Positions 16,862 through 26,712 are shown, counted from the stretch's first letter. The stretch is 58,892 nucleotides of DNA from a virus (IMGVR_UViG_3300032320_002219:1-58892), one strand, 5' to 3'. Numbers and translations: made by a program. The notes: a model not told the origin generated them from the letters alone.

Positions 16862-18544
16862 TCATGTCCCAATTCCGCGTGAATAACTGGCGGGTTTCGC
16901 AACCGAGACAGAAGCCTCGCCGGTAGCAATTCGCTCCAGTGCGCGCAAGTGCTTGGCAGTAAAGCGGATATAGCGTTTTGACGCCCCGCCGTCGCCGGTG
17001 TGCCGCCCAGACAAGAACCCAGATTCCCCAGTTTCCGCGAGGATGAGCTTCTTCATCATCTGCTGATCCCCGTCCATGAGCTTCCTGCGGCCCCTGTCGA
17101 CGTCCTCCCAGGCCCGCGACCACCCGAACCACAGTTCCCACTCACCGGCCTCGCTGCGGACCCAGGACGGCCTTCCGCCGGCATCTGGTGTGCCGTCCTC
17201 GGCCTCCTCGTCACCCGGCTCTGGGGTGAGGCTCAAGACGTCCAGGAGCCAGCCGGCGACCTTCGCGTACCGCAGGTCTTCCACGGTCGCCTCTTCTTCA
17301 AGGGCGGCGTCCATGAGCTTCGCCTTCAACCCTCGGATGGCCGGCTGCCCCTTCCTGGCCCCCTTGCCGCACCAGATCGTCGACCAAGTCTCTGGAACCT
17401 CGTCCAAGATGACCGTGTGGGTGGCCTCTAGGACAGCATGGGCGACCATAGCCGCCGACCTGTACTGCTCCGCGTTGAGCGTGACCTCGACCACCCGGTC
17501 TGCCCCTCGCTGGTGCACCGGCAGCGACAGCACGTAAACCACTGGGTCGTTGTGGATGACCCGCAGCCGCCACCGCCCAGGAAACCACTCGCCATCCCGG
17601 TACTCGAGCCCAGTCAGCGTGAACGGCGTGTCGACAGCCTCTTCTTCTGCTGGCTCGTCTTCTCCAGACAGGTGGGACTCGAGTTTCTCCTTCAGAAACG
17701 CCGGCCCCTCGCCGGCCGCCCGCACCTTGATGGCCCACTTGAGTTGCCCCTGCCAGATGGAGGTGATCTCCTTGTCGTCCAACGGCGGCCGGCACATCGT
17801 CTGGTTGATGGCCCGCGCCATCGCCAGCGTGTCCTGCTGCTCTCGCGGGTCGTGCGGGTCGAGCATCTGAATGCAGGCCCGCGAGATGTAGCGGCACATC
17901 TCGGAGTTTCGCTCGCCCTCGCCTGCGCCCTTGTGCAGAATCTCGCTGGCCGGCCGCTTTGACAGCGACGTTTCGCCGCCGGCATTGACGATCGCCTGCA
18001 GAAAAGCATCTGGAATCGGCGCGACGTCTACTTCGTCTGGCGAGAATCCATACTTCCAGCGATACCGCACGCCGCTGGCGTGAACAGACGGCGGAAAAAC
18101 AGACTGCGACCCGCGTGAGCCGCCTCCAATGCGAATCTCCAGCCCGCCGACCTTGATGACGGCCTGCGCCGGCAGGCGGGAATCGAACTTGAAGATGCGG
18201 TGTTCGCTGCGGTGCGACGTATAGGTCGGCGTCTCGATCGACGTCAGGCCGTATCGCTCGGCAGTCGCTTTGCCAGACTCATCGTCCCACTCGATGTCGA
18301 TAATGCCCGACGCCTCGCCAAGCGCGACGCCGACGTTGTGTTCCGTGCCGTCAAACCACTCGGCCAGCTTGTCCTCGTCTGTAGTAGCAGCACGCTGCCA
18401 CCCAGACACAACCGGATGCTTTCCTGGCGTGCCGCACGCCGGGTTTTTGCACGCGCATCGACCGTCCTCGCGCAGGCCGTAGACAGGGAGCGAGCGCCAG
18501 CCTCGCGCAGCATAGTCGGCTGCGCACTTGAAAACGTCTTCCAT
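16862..18544 (-). CDS. bifunctional primase-polymerase (Prim-Pol plus PriCT-like)
   Basis: C.C....C..PGKHP, NVGVALG..SGIIDIEWD, PPSVH.SG..Y.W, GERN. Confidence 0.85.
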   Translation of the reverse strand: MEDVFKCAADYAARGWRSLPVYGLREDGRCACKNPACGTPGKHPVVSGWQRAATTDEDKLAEWFDGTEHNVGVALGEASGIIDIEWDDESGKATAERYGLTSIETPTYTSHRSEHRIFKFDSRLPAQAVIKVGGLEIRIGGGSRGSQSVFPPSVHASGVRYRWKYGFSPDEVDVAPIPDAFLQAIVNAGGETSLSKRPASEILHKGAGEGERNSEMCRYISRACIQMLDPHDPREQQDTLAMARAINQTMCRPPLDDKEITSIWQGQLKWAIKVRAAGEGPAFLKEKLESHLSGEDEPAEEEAVDTPFTLTGLEYRDGEWFPGRWRLRVIHNDPVVYVLSLPVHQRGADRVVEVTLNAEQYRSAAMVAHAVLEATHTVILDEVPETWSTIWCGKGARKGQPAIRGLKAKLMDAALEEEATVEDLRYAKVAGWLLDVLSLTPEPGDEEAEDGTPDAGGRPSWVRSEAGEWELWFGWSRAWEDVDRGRRKLMDGDQQMMKKLILAETGESGFLSGRHTGDGGASKRYIRFTAKHLRALERIATGEASVSVAKPASYSRGIGT

Positions 18545-18563
18545 CGGGAATCCTCCGTGATTG

Positions 18564-18607
18564 AAAAAGTGCCGCTGGGGGGCGGGTGTGTCACGCCCCC
18601 CAGCGGC
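18564..18607 (-). terminator. intrinsic terminator/attenuator upstream of the primase gene
   Basis: 14-bp perfect stem (18571-18584 / 18594-18607) followed by ACTTTTT. Confidence 0.7.
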
Positions 18608-18741
18608 GAACGCTCGTCCATGCGCCATGCGCGGAGAAGGGCGCTGCTCATGGTCGAACTTCCGGTGTTATGAAGCCACCGCCGGCTGGGCTGGCGGCCG
18701 GCGAAAGTGCCGGTTGTGGGCCGCCGCCCCAGCCGCTGTGC

Positions 18742-19515
18742 TTACTCCTCGTCCTCGATCTCCACAGCACCGCCACCGATCGGCGGCGCCGTAAACATCG
18801 CGCGGATCGGGTCCGCGTAGGTGCGGCGAGCCACTTCGCCCTGCTCCTCGGAAATCTGTCCGACGAGACGCGGAACGATCTGGCTGTAGGGCTGACCGCC
18901 CTTGCCCTTCGAACGCACCAGCTTCAGGCCCACGACAGCCTCGTGCGGGAAGCACGGCAGGCGCTTGAGGAACGGAATGATGTTCCGCAGGCTACCTGGG
19001 CCGACGGTCACAAGGATCGGCCACGTTTCGCCCTGGCGAAGAATCGCCAAGACACGCGCCTCCTTGCACCGCTTGCCGCTGCCAGACCGCGACGAGCCGT
19101 AGCCAAACTCAGAGGAGTTGGCGAGCGCCGCCCAGTCGTACTTCCTGTCACCGATCCGGTAGCGCTCGAGCGCATCCGGGTCGATCGTTCCGAGATCGTC
19201 CGACACGCGGTATCCGACCATGAGGTCGTTCGACACCACCACCGGACGGGACTCGGACGGGTCTTCCGCCGGCCACAAAAGTCCCTTCTTGCCGATGCCG
19301 ACGAGAAGCCCGACGATTTCGTCGGTCGTCTCGACATTGCCATCGACGTCAATCGACCACTGCGTCGCGCCGCCGAGTGGCGTTTTGACGCGAACGAGAT
19401 CGGTCTCGCTCATCTGCTCGCCTTCCAGATTTGCAGCGATGACCTGCATCTGGCGGCTATTCGGCGAAAGCGCCGGGTAGTCGACCACCTTGGTCGACAG
19501 GGCTGTGGTAGCCAT
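18742..19515 (-). CDS. putative ssDNA-binding/replication protein
   Basis: GK.CKE motif, acidic C-terminal tail EIEDEE, replication context. Confidence 0.55.
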   Translation of the reverse strand: MATTALSTKVVDYPALSPNSRQMQVIAANLEGEQMSETDLVRVKTPLGGATQWSIDVDGNVETTDEIVGLLVGIGKKGLLWPAEDPSESRPVVVSNDLMVGYRVSDDLGTIDPDALERYRIGDRKYDWAALANSSEFGYGSSRSGSGKRCKEARVLAILRQGETWPILVTVGPGSLRNIIPFLKRLPCFPHEAVVGLKLVRSKGKGGQPYSQIVPRLVGQISEEQGEVARRTYADPIRAMFTAPPIGGGAVEIEDEE

Positions 19516-19551
19516 TACGAACTCCTTCTGTAGAAACTCACCGAACCAGCG

Positions 19552-20001
19552 TCAGCCAACCGTGACATGACGCAATTTCATCTCCACGAACTCACCGACG
19601 AGGCCGCTGAATGGCGTCCCGTCGGAGAAGGGCCGGCCGGCTTCCCTTCCGGCCTCTTTTGCCCGCTCCACCAACCACGCCTTGAGCGTGGGTGTGGCCA
19701 CCGTCGTGATCGCATCCTCGATCCCGACGGCACGCGCTGCCTCCAGCACCGCGTCTCGCCGATCCTTCGGCACCGACAGGCGAAGGGCTTCTTCGACCCG
19801 CCAACTCCTCCCTGCGACTCGAACTCCGTCGAGCCGTTGTGTTTTGATTTCTTCCACCGCGAGACTCTCCAACTCAGCGCGTTGCCGCTGTAGTTCGTCG
19901 ACCTGTGCAGAAACCGTGCCAATCGTCTTGTCGAGTTCGGCAATCCGCTCAAGCAGCGCCGACAAGCCCGTGTGTTGTTCTGTATCCACTGATGATTGCA
20001 T
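19552..20001 (-). CDS. coiled-coil hypothetical protein
   Basis: Heptad N-terminus; operon position. Confidence 0.65.
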   Translation of the reverse strand: MQSSVDTEQHTGLSALLERIAELDKTIGTVSAQVDELQRQRAELESLAVEEIKTQRLDGVRVAGRSWRVEEALRLSVPKDRRDAVLEAARAVGIEDAITTVATPTLKAWLVERAKEAGREAGRPFSDGTPFSGLVGEFVEMKLRHVTVG

Positions 20002-21328
20002 CTATGACTTCCTTTCTCTCCGTCAGTGCCTTGTAGACTCCTCCGTCCACCGTCATGCCGCCGCCGACCGTGGCGACGAGCGAATAGAAATGCGTTGTCT
20101 TTGTTTGCCCTGGCCTGTGCAGCCGCGCGACGGCCTGCAGGTATTCGCTCAAACTGTGGCCAAGCGAATAGAAGACTCCGTACGACGCGCGGGTCAGGTC
20201 GATGCCAATGCCGCCGCTGGCTGTGTTCGCAACGAGGACGTTGGTTTTGCCGCTCTGCCAGTCGTCGAGTTCGTTCCTGCTGCCCGACAGTTCGCTCGCT
20301 GCTCGACCGGCCTTCTTGCACTCAGCGAGGATCGCCTCCATGTCGGCGCGGTACTTGCAGAACACTACCAGCGGTTCGTGCGGCGGTAGATCGTCCATGA
20401 TTTCTTTGAGCGCCGCCGCCTTGCTCGGCGTTTCGGTGAGTCGTGTGGCCTGACGGTTGCCGTCCTTGTGGACGCTTCCGCCGCAAACCTCGAGCAACCG
20501 GATCAGTTGCACGAGCACGTTCGCCGGAGTGACCTCTCCGTCGCCCACGACAGCGCAGAAATCTTTCTCGATTTCTCTGTAGAGCTTGGACTCCGTGCTG
20601 TTCAGTTCGACGTCAACTTGTTCGTGCATGATTGCTGGCAAATCCAAAACGTCTTCCGACCGACGATGGAATGTCGTTTCTGCAATCTTCGTGCCAAACT
20701 GCTCGGTGTTTCTGTAGCCAACCACCATGCCGGGTATCCGCGGGTTGGTGATTGCGTAGGTGCTTTTGAATGTCGTGTAGGACGTTCCAAAAGTCCTGCA
20801 CTCCGGTGATTCGATGGCCCTGTAGACGCCGTAGGCATCGAGCGGGGAGTGCGCCAGAAGCGTCCCAGACAGGCCGATGCGTCTGGCGGCTGGGTTTTTC
20901 TTGCCCATCCTGGCCGCCCAGCGGCTGGTGGTGCCGCTCGGAGCCTTGAGGCGGTGGCACTCGTCGTAGCAGAGTGCGTCCCAGGGGGTCTTTTCCAGTG
21001 TCGGCAGCCGCCACGCGGCCTCGTAGTTGACTACTACAACCAGCGGCGAGCTGTCAGCCAGAGCGGCCGCCAGCATCTTTTCCTTCTGCGCGGAGGTGCC
21101 CTTCGTCAGCAACAGCACTCGGTAGCCGTCCAGCCACAGGCCGGCCTGTTTCCCCCACGCCGGAACGACGGCCTTGGGGCAGCAGATCAATGCGCGCCTC
21201 GCGCCGCACTGCATCAGAACCTCGAGGAGGCAGCGGCTCTTCCCGGTGCCCATCCCCATATGCAGGATCGCACAGATGCGACCAAGCGCCCACTCGACAG
21301 CCTCTTGCTGATGCTTCCACATGCCCAT
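19949..21328 (-). CDS. SNF2-like SF2 helicase
   Basis: MGTGKS, DECH, LSGT, GIGIDL, QAVARLHRPGQ. Confidence 0.92.
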   Translation of the reverse strand: MGMWKHQQEAVEWALGRICAILHMGMGTGKSRCLLEVLMQCGARRALICCPKAVVPAWGKQAGLWLDGYRVLLLTKGTSAQKEKMLAAALADSSPLVVVVNYEAAWRLPTLEKTPWDALCYDECHRLKAPSGTTSRWAARMGKKNPAARRIGLSGTLLAHSPLDAYGVYRAIESPECRTFGTSYTTFKSTYAITNPRIPGMVVGYRNTEQFGTKIAETTFHRRSEDVLDLPAIMHEQVDVELNSTESKLYREIEKDFCAVVGDGEVTPANVLVQLIRLLEVCGGSVHKDGNRQATRLTETPSKAAALKEIMDDLPPHEPLVVFCKYRADMEAILAECKKAGRAASELSGSRNELDDWQSGKTNVLVANTASGGIGIDLTRASYGVFYSLGHSLSEYLQAVARLHRPGQTKTTHFYSLVATVGGGMTVDGGVYKALTERKEVIDAIISGYRTTHGLVGAA

Positions 21329-21364
21329 CTCCTTGGCGGGACGGGCATCCTACGCAATGAATTG

Positions 21365-21886
21365 CTACTGGTCAACACACGATCGAGGTCGGCCAACTTT
21401 TGTGCCTGCGTCTTCCTGCCGCCTGACTTCGGAAGCCCTTGCCTCGACAGAAGATCGGGAAAAAATCCACAGCCGCGACCTGTCGGCCCGCTCGGACCAC
21501 AGGATGCGCCCCACGATCTTGCCCTCCCTGGCGAGCCGAGGCACCAGTGTCCAGAAGACGCCGAGAATTTTCGCGGCCTCCCCGACGCCGATGGCATCGC
21601 CGAAATCTATGCAGGGCTTCTTTTTCGCCGCCAGCCGTCGCAGCGCTTCGCCTCTGCTATCGGCAGCAGTCCGCGGCCGGCCGGCCTTGCCCAGTCCGCG
21701 CCTCTCCTCGTACTCGAGAAAGTTCTCGTCGCACTCTCGGGCCGAGTACACGGAAAACGACCTGCCGTCATTGGCGGCAATTACGCGAGACGACAACACC
21801 CCCTGGTCGGCAAGTTTCCCCGGCCGGGTGAAATGCACCCCCAGGACTCCTGCCGCCTCGTACGCTCCAATCGCCTCGTCTCTCAT
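21365..21886 (-). CDS. tandem HTH regulator
   Basis: Two repeats, IGAYEAAGVLGV and IGVGEAAKILGV; divergent from the integrase operon. Confidence 0.65.
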   Translation of the reverse strand: MRDEAIGAYEAAGVLGVHFTRPGKLADQGVLSSRVIAANDGRSFSVYSARECDENFLEYEERRGLGKAGRPRTAADSRGEALRRLAAKKKPCIDFGDAIGVGEAAKILGVFWTLVPRLAREGKIVGRILWSERADRSRLWIFSRSSVEARASEVRRQEDAGTKVGRPRSCVDQ

Positions 21887-21972
21887 GCAGTCATAATCGT
21901 CCCGCAACCAGCGCTTGACAAGTCGAGTGGAGGATAGGAGACTTGCAATCGCCACGGAAGGAGCCGCAGCAA

Positions 21973-22182
21973 ATGCCGAAAAAACGATGGACCGTAATTG
22001 TTGACTGGAGCGACGGCGACGTTGCCGATGCCGATGAGGTTGTGGTTTACGCAGAATCTGCGGCCCAGGCAATCAGTATCGCCAAGCAAAAATGGCGGAT
22101 GACTGTCGGCGCCGCGTGGCCGGATTGTCGTTTTGAGCGGGCTTGGATTTTGTCCCCCAGCAGGCGGTTGGGGGTTGTCTAA
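21973..22182 (+). CDS. small hypothetical protein
   Basis: RBS AAGGAG; TTGACA upstream at 21915. Confidence 0.6.
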   Translation: MPKKRWTVIVDWSDGDVADADEVVVYAESAAQAISIAKQKWRMTVGAAWPDCRFERAWILSPSRRLGVV

Positions 22183-22217
22183 ACACAAGGAGGTGGCATA
22201 ACCCCCAGTTCAACTAG

Positions 22218-23096
22218 GTGGCCACCGTGATTGTCAACAAAGTTGAAATGCCCCTGCGTGGGCTCGTGCGCGACGTTTACGCCCCGCTCAAGGCGATTTC
22301 GCCGAAGACACTTAGGTTGTACGAGTTCACGCTCGACGCGTTTGCGAAATTCCTGGGCCACGAACCAACGACGGCCGACCTCGAAGAACTTGTCGTGGCC
22401 CGGTTTTTGGCGCACCGCACTGCGACGCGCGCCGCCGCAACAGCCGCCAAAGACAGAGCACAGCTTCACGCCATCTGGGAGTTCCTTGCCCGTCGCAAGG
22501 CCGTCCAAACGTGGCCTACGATGCCGCCCGTGCGTGTGCCGGAGCGCGTCCCCGAGGCGTGGCTGACCGAGGAGTTTGCGAGACTTCTGGCTGCGGCCTC
22601 ATCCGAGAAGACCACAATCGCCGGCATCCCCGGTGGACTGTGGTGGCGGGCGTTGCTGCTTGTTGCCTACGACACTGGAGAGCGCGCCACCGCTCTCGTT
22701 TCGCTGCGGTGGCCAGACGTCCGCGGCAACTTCGTGACGTTCCGCGCCGAGGCAAGAAAGGGCAAGCGTCGCGACATCGTCCGCGACATTGGCGAGGAAA
22801 CCCGCTTGGCGATCGAAGCAATTCGTGGCGATCGAGACCTCGTGTTTCCGTGGCCGTTTCACCACACCTATTTATGGAACCGCCTGTCGATCATCCTGAA
22901 AAGGGCGAAGCTCCCGGCAAGCCGGCGAGACAAATTTCACCGCATTCGGCGCACGACGGCCTCGTACTACCAAGCTGCAGGGCATTCGGCCCAGCAGTTG
23001 CTCGACCATTCCTCGCCAGCGACCACTCGAAAATACCTAGACCCGAGGGTCGTGCAAAACGTCCCGGCGCCGAGCGTTATCCCGCGAGTGTGCTAG
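22218..23096 (+). CDS. int: tyrosine recombinase/integrase
   Basis: TGER, HRIR, LDH and KY catalytic residues. Confidence 0.92.
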   Translation: MATVIVNKVEMPLRGLVRDVYAPLKAISPKTLRLYEFTLDAFAKFLGHEPTTADLEELVVARFLAHRTATRAAATAAKDRAQLHAIWEFLARRKAVQTWPTMPPVRVPERVPEAWLTEEFARLLAAASSEKTTIAGIPGGLWWRALLLVAYDTGERATALVSLRWPDVRGNFVTFRAEARKGKRRDIVRDIGEETRLAIEAIRGDRDLVFPWPFHHTYLWNRLSIILKRAKLPASRRDKFHRIRRTTASYYQAAGHSAQQLLDHSSPATTRKYLDPRVVQNVPAPSVIPRVC

Positions 23097-23116
23097 TAGC
23101 CCGTCTTTCTTTTCGC

Positions 23117-23341
23117 TCAAGAGCGCACCGGAACCAGATGCCGGTGATGCGCAACCCACCGTTTTCCTGTGCCGTCTTCTACCGTGCAGTCCGCGAATAC
23201 GTTGCCGTCCTCGTCGTGCGCAATGAAGCAAGAAAGAAAACGGCCGGAAACCTTTCCGAACATACCGTCCAGCATCACCTCAATCGGGCTGCCGTTGGCC
23301 TTGCCGGTCTGAATGAATTCGACGAATTGCTCGTCTGTCAT
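23117..23341 (-). CDS. hypothetical protein
   Basis: RBS GAGGGA. Confidence 0.55.
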   Translation of the reverse strand: MTDEQFVEFIQTGKANGSPIEVMLDGMFGKVSGRFLSCFIAHDEDGNVFADCTVEDGTGKRWVAHHRHLVPVRS

Positions 23342-23450
23342 GCGTCCCTCTCTGATTTCAGTAGTGCCGTTGTCTCTCACTTTCGCCCCAAACGTGCAAC
23401 ACAACCGGCGTTGTGTTCAACAAGCGAGACGCTATCTGCGGCGTGTAGGG

Positions 23451-23657
23451 TCAGTCGTTCAGCAACTCGGCCGGGATCATCGCCCGAACGTACTCCAGGG
23501 CGTGCAGCTCGTCGGCCACCGGATCACCATGCTTGATCCGGCTGCGGCACCACTGGTCAATATCCCAGAGAGCGGCCAACGCCTCGCTGCCCAGCCTCGC
23601 GGCGTCGTACTCGGCCTGCTCGTCGGGCAATCGGTAGCGGATCGTGACGGTTGGCAT
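23451..23657 (-). CDS. hypothetical protein
   Basis: LPDE...ALWDID..CRS..KHG pattern typical of small phage proteins. Confidence 0.65.
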   Translation of the reverse strand: MPTVTIRYRLPDEQAEYDAARLGSEALAALWDIDQWCRSRIKHGDPVADELHALEYVRAMIPAELLND

Positions 23658-23730
23658 GGCTCAGATTCTACCCGTGCGGCCCAGCCGCGCAATGCCATCC
23701 TCGTCGCCACTCTGGTGCAAGAGCGCACCG

Positions 23731-24210
23731 CTACGGTTGCAGCGACTCCCATAGCGCAATGTCGGCAGCGTAGGCAACCCGCACCGCAGCCTCCTGCTCT
23801 GGCGTAAGCACCGGCTTGTCGGCCTCGTCCGTACCGTCCAAATGCGGCAGCGGAACCGTGATGCCCAGCCAGTCAGCGCACGCCTGCAACTGATCTTCAA
23901 ACCGGAAGTACGCATCGTAGGTTCTTCCGTGACAAAACTCGCAGCCGTATCGTGGTGCCGCGAGTTGCTCCTCAACGGTGCTTTGTGCGTGAGCAACCAT
24001 CGACCGGAATCGCTCTACAGGATTCCGCACGATCACGCACACCGGGCCTTCTCCCCCTGCGTCTGGGTAACTCGCTGCCGGGTGTGCGCTCGCGTCGATT
24101 GCGATCTCCGGGTGGAATGACTGCATGACGGCGGCAGCAATGGAGTGCGATCCGCTGCGTGGAATCAGGTAGATGCCTCGACCATTCGGTGTGCGCAAAA
24201 CCTTCGGCAT
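23731..24210 (-). CDS. sulfotransferase-like protein (Sulfotransfer_2-like)
   Basis: IPRSGSHSI (5'-PSB-like), VRNPVERFRS (3'-PB-like), RFE, LPHL, Y..D. Confidence 0.65.
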   Translation of the reverse strand: MPKVLRTPNGRGIYLIPRSGSHSIAAAVMQSFHPEIAIDASAHPAASYPDAGGEGPVCVIVRNPVERFRSMVAHAQSTVEEQLAAPRYGCEFCHGRTYDAYFRFEDQLQACADWLGITVPLPHLDGTDEADKPVLTPEQEAAVRVAYAADIALWESLQP

Positions 24211-24219
24211 GAGAATGTC

Positions 24220-25893
24220 CTATGAAAAATACAGAACGACAGCGCCGCCAACGCGGGTGTCAACAAACGGCGAACCGCTCGCCGCCGTCCCGTAACTACC
24301 GCCGCCACCGCGACCAGGCGCAACAGCATCCGAGTTGTTGTCGTACTTCCCAGTGAAGCCGCCCGATCCGAACGCCTGCGGATTACCGGCAGACAGAGTG
24401 GTATTCACGCCAGCAAGTTGCAAGGCGGCAAACAGGCCGGAAACATCGGCGGCGGCAAATCGCGGTTTCGTGGAGATCGTGGCGGCAGTGGCGGCAGCGT
24501 TATTGTTGCCCACAGCGCCGAATCGGGTGTCGCCGCCCCCAAGATACTGGTCGATGCCCCCCGCAACGCCGCCGTCACCGCCCGTGAACTCGCCGCCGCC
24601 AGTGCCGAACGCATTTTTGTTCGTGCCGTTCGCAGCCTTGCCAGCACCGCGACCCGTAACCGTCGCGCCACCGAACGTGACGCTAGAGTCGTTGCCGAAA
24701 TTGGTGGTTGATTTCGCGCCGACCGCGTAGGCCACTGACTGCCCACCAGACACCGACCATGTTTTGAAAGCCGTGCCACCGGCACCGGAAGTTCCGCTGC
24801 CCACCGCCCACGCCTTCATGCTCGTCGCGCCTGCGGGCACCGTGTATGAGGTGCCAGAGGTCAGCATCACGGCGGTGGCCGTGAACGATGGCGCGGCGGG
24901 CGTTGCCGGTGCAGATGCCGACGAGTACGGGCCGGTGCCTACTGCACTAACCGCAGCAACTCGCACCGTGTATGCCGTGCCGTTCGCGAGGCCAGTGAGC
25001 GTATACACTGCCTCGCTGCTGCCAGTGCTGACCGTTGTTGCCGATCCTCCCGCTGGCGTGTATTCGACAGCGTAGCCCGTGATCGCTGAGTCGCTAGATG
25101 ACGCCGTCCACGCAATCGACAACTGACCATTGCCGCTGGTGGCGCCGACGCCTGTCGGCGCGGCCGGAGGTTGCGGAACGTAGGGAGTTGCATTCACCGC
25201 CAGCGGTGCGGCGGGCGGCGTGTAGTTGGTGGTAAAGACGGCCAAGCCCTTTACGATTCGCACCTCGTCTACATAACCGTTGAACCACTCGCCTTCGGCT
25301 GACTGTTGACCAATGAAGATGGTTGCATTGTTCTCCGGCTGCGTAGCCCAAGGCTGCGTGTCAACGAGAACGCCGTCTACAAAAAGTTTCGCACCCCCGC
25401 CAGAAACGACAGCGGCAACGTGGTGCCATTCTCCGACCGTGAGCGGTGCATAACTCCTGCATTGAGAGTAGCCGTCATTTCCCTGAGCGGTCGCGGAGAA
25501 AAACAATTCCGTCGTGGCCGGTTCGCTAAAACCAAGCAAGTATTGCCAGTTGACGCCAACTCGTTTTGTGAGAATTGTCGTGTAGTTTTCCGTGTGCGAC
25601 TGTATGTAAAGCCACAACTCTATGGTGTAAGGCACTTCGCCGGTGAGGTTTAGCGGTTCGCTATTTGGCACTTCGACCCAAGAATAGTTCCCGTCAAGGT
25701 ACGCGGCGCCAGACCCGTACTTCTTTGTGGTCGTGTTTATCGCCGCATCGCCGTTCGCCGTAACCGCCAACGCATTGGGAGACGAGTCGTTGAAGTTCCC
25801 GTCGAAACGCAGGAGCAAGGACGCGGGCGTGCCAGACTGCGGCGCAGCGGCGGTCGTGGCTCGCGGCCGCATTAGCCTATTGTTCATCGCCAT
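24220..25893 (-). CDS. tail fibre/receptor-binding protein (LamG + FN3 + Gly-rich domains)
   Basis: SLLLRFDG, YTIELW, WHHVA, LFVDG, GYVDEVRI; FN3 motifs YTLTGL.NGT.Y..RV.A. Confidence 0.85.
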   Translation of the reverse strand: MAMNNRLMRPRATTAAAPQSGTPASLLLRFDGNFNDSSPNALAVTANGDAAINTTTKKYGSGAAYLDGNYSWVEVPNSEPLNLTGEVPYTIELWLYIQSHTENYTTILTKRVGVNWQYLLGFSEPATTELFFSATAQGNDGYSQCRSYAPLTVGEWHHVAAVVSGGGAKLFVDGVLVDTQPWATQPENNATIFIGQQSAEGEWFNGYVDEVRIVKGLAVFTTNYTPPAAPLAVNATPYVPQPPAAPTGVGATSGNGQLSIAWTASSSDSAITGYAVEYTPAGGSATTVSTGSSEAVYTLTGLANGTAYTVRVAAVSAVGTGPYSSASAPATPAAPSFTATAVMLTSGTSYTVPAGATSMKAWAVGSGTSGAGGTAFKTWSVSGGQSVAYAVGAKSTTNFGNDSSVTFGGATVTGRGAGKAANGTNKNAFGTGGGEFTGGDGGVAGGIDQYLGGGDTRFGAVGNNNAAATAATISTKPRFAAADVSGLFAALQLAGVNTTLSAGNPQAFGSGGFTGKYDNNSDAVAPGRGGGGSYGTAASGSPFVDTRVGGAVVLYFS

Positions 25894-25981
25894 GAGTAAC
25901 GCTCTTGTGTTTAGCGGCAGCGGATCGCCAGGACGAAGACGCCGACGAGGAGCAGGGCGAGAATCAAGTGCTCGAACATGG

Positions 25982-26293
25982 CTAGTTTGTGCCTTCGGTC
26001 CTAGCAGGCCGTGCAAGCACCTGCTGAATCTCGCGCTGGCCGTGGGCCAGCTCTTCAAGCGTGTCAGCCTGCTTCTCTTGCGTCCTGCCAATTTCCCTCA
26101 GCGTCTCGCTCGTCGTCTCCAGAAACTCAACGTGAGATTTCACGACCGGCTCTACGAACGAACCGTGCAGCGTGATTGCCGCCTCCCGGCCCAGCCAGAT
26201 AATGACGGCGAGCAGCACGACTGGAACGCCGAATCGCTCGGCGATCCGCAGCATCGAGTCCAGAACACCTTGCTTCAGTTCGTCGGCTGTCAC
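25982..26293 (-). CDS. single-TM coiled-coil protein (holin-like candidate)
   Basis: RFGVPVVLLAVIIWL followed by a coiled coil. Confidence 0.55.
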   Translation of the reverse strand: MTADELKQGVLDSMLRIAERFGVPVVLLAVIIWLGREAAITLHGSFVEPVVKSHVEFLETTSETLREIGRTQEKQADTLEELAHGQREIQQVLARPARTEGTN

Positions 26294-26301
26294 TTGCAGC
26301 C

Positions 26302-26658
26302 TCACGACTTCATGGTGACGATGCAGACGGCGGCCGTAGAGGCGGTCGTGGCCGACACGAGCTTGATCGCGCCGCAGCCATACGTCTCGTCGGGGAGGGC
26401 GTAGACGCGGGCCTCAGTTGTTGAAGGGGCCAGGGTCAGGTCGGCCGCCGAGCCGTCCACTTTGTAGAGCCGGCCAAAAGTGCTCGACGGAGTGTCGGAC
26501 GCCCAGACTTGAATGGTCGTGGCCGCGGTGCTGACGGTGCCCATCTCCAGGGTGCCGCCGGCGACATCGTCCCAGCGGAGCGTCGTGGCAGCGTCCACCG
26601 ACGTCGAAAGAGTAACGGGGACCGACTTGAACTTGCGACGAATCTTTGGCTCAGACAT
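26302..26658 (-). CDS. Thr/Ser-rich virion-like protein
   Basis: Beta-rich composition; strong RBS. Confidence 0.6.
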   Translation of the reverse strand: MSEPKIRRKFKSVPVTLSTSVDAATTLRWDDVAGGTLEMGTVSTAATTIQVWASDTPSSTFGRLYKVDGSAADLTLAPSTTEARVYALPDETYGCGAIKLVSATTASTAAVCIVTMKS

Positions 26659-26712
26659 CGGCACCTCCTTGTGCGTTGCGGGCCTCTAGGGCCGCTCGTG
26701 GCGTGTCACAGG

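Noticed and set aside
25911-25979. 22-aa hydrophobic ORF MFEHLILALLLVGVFVLAIRCR
   Set aside because: A plausible membrane peptide, but too short to support without homologs.
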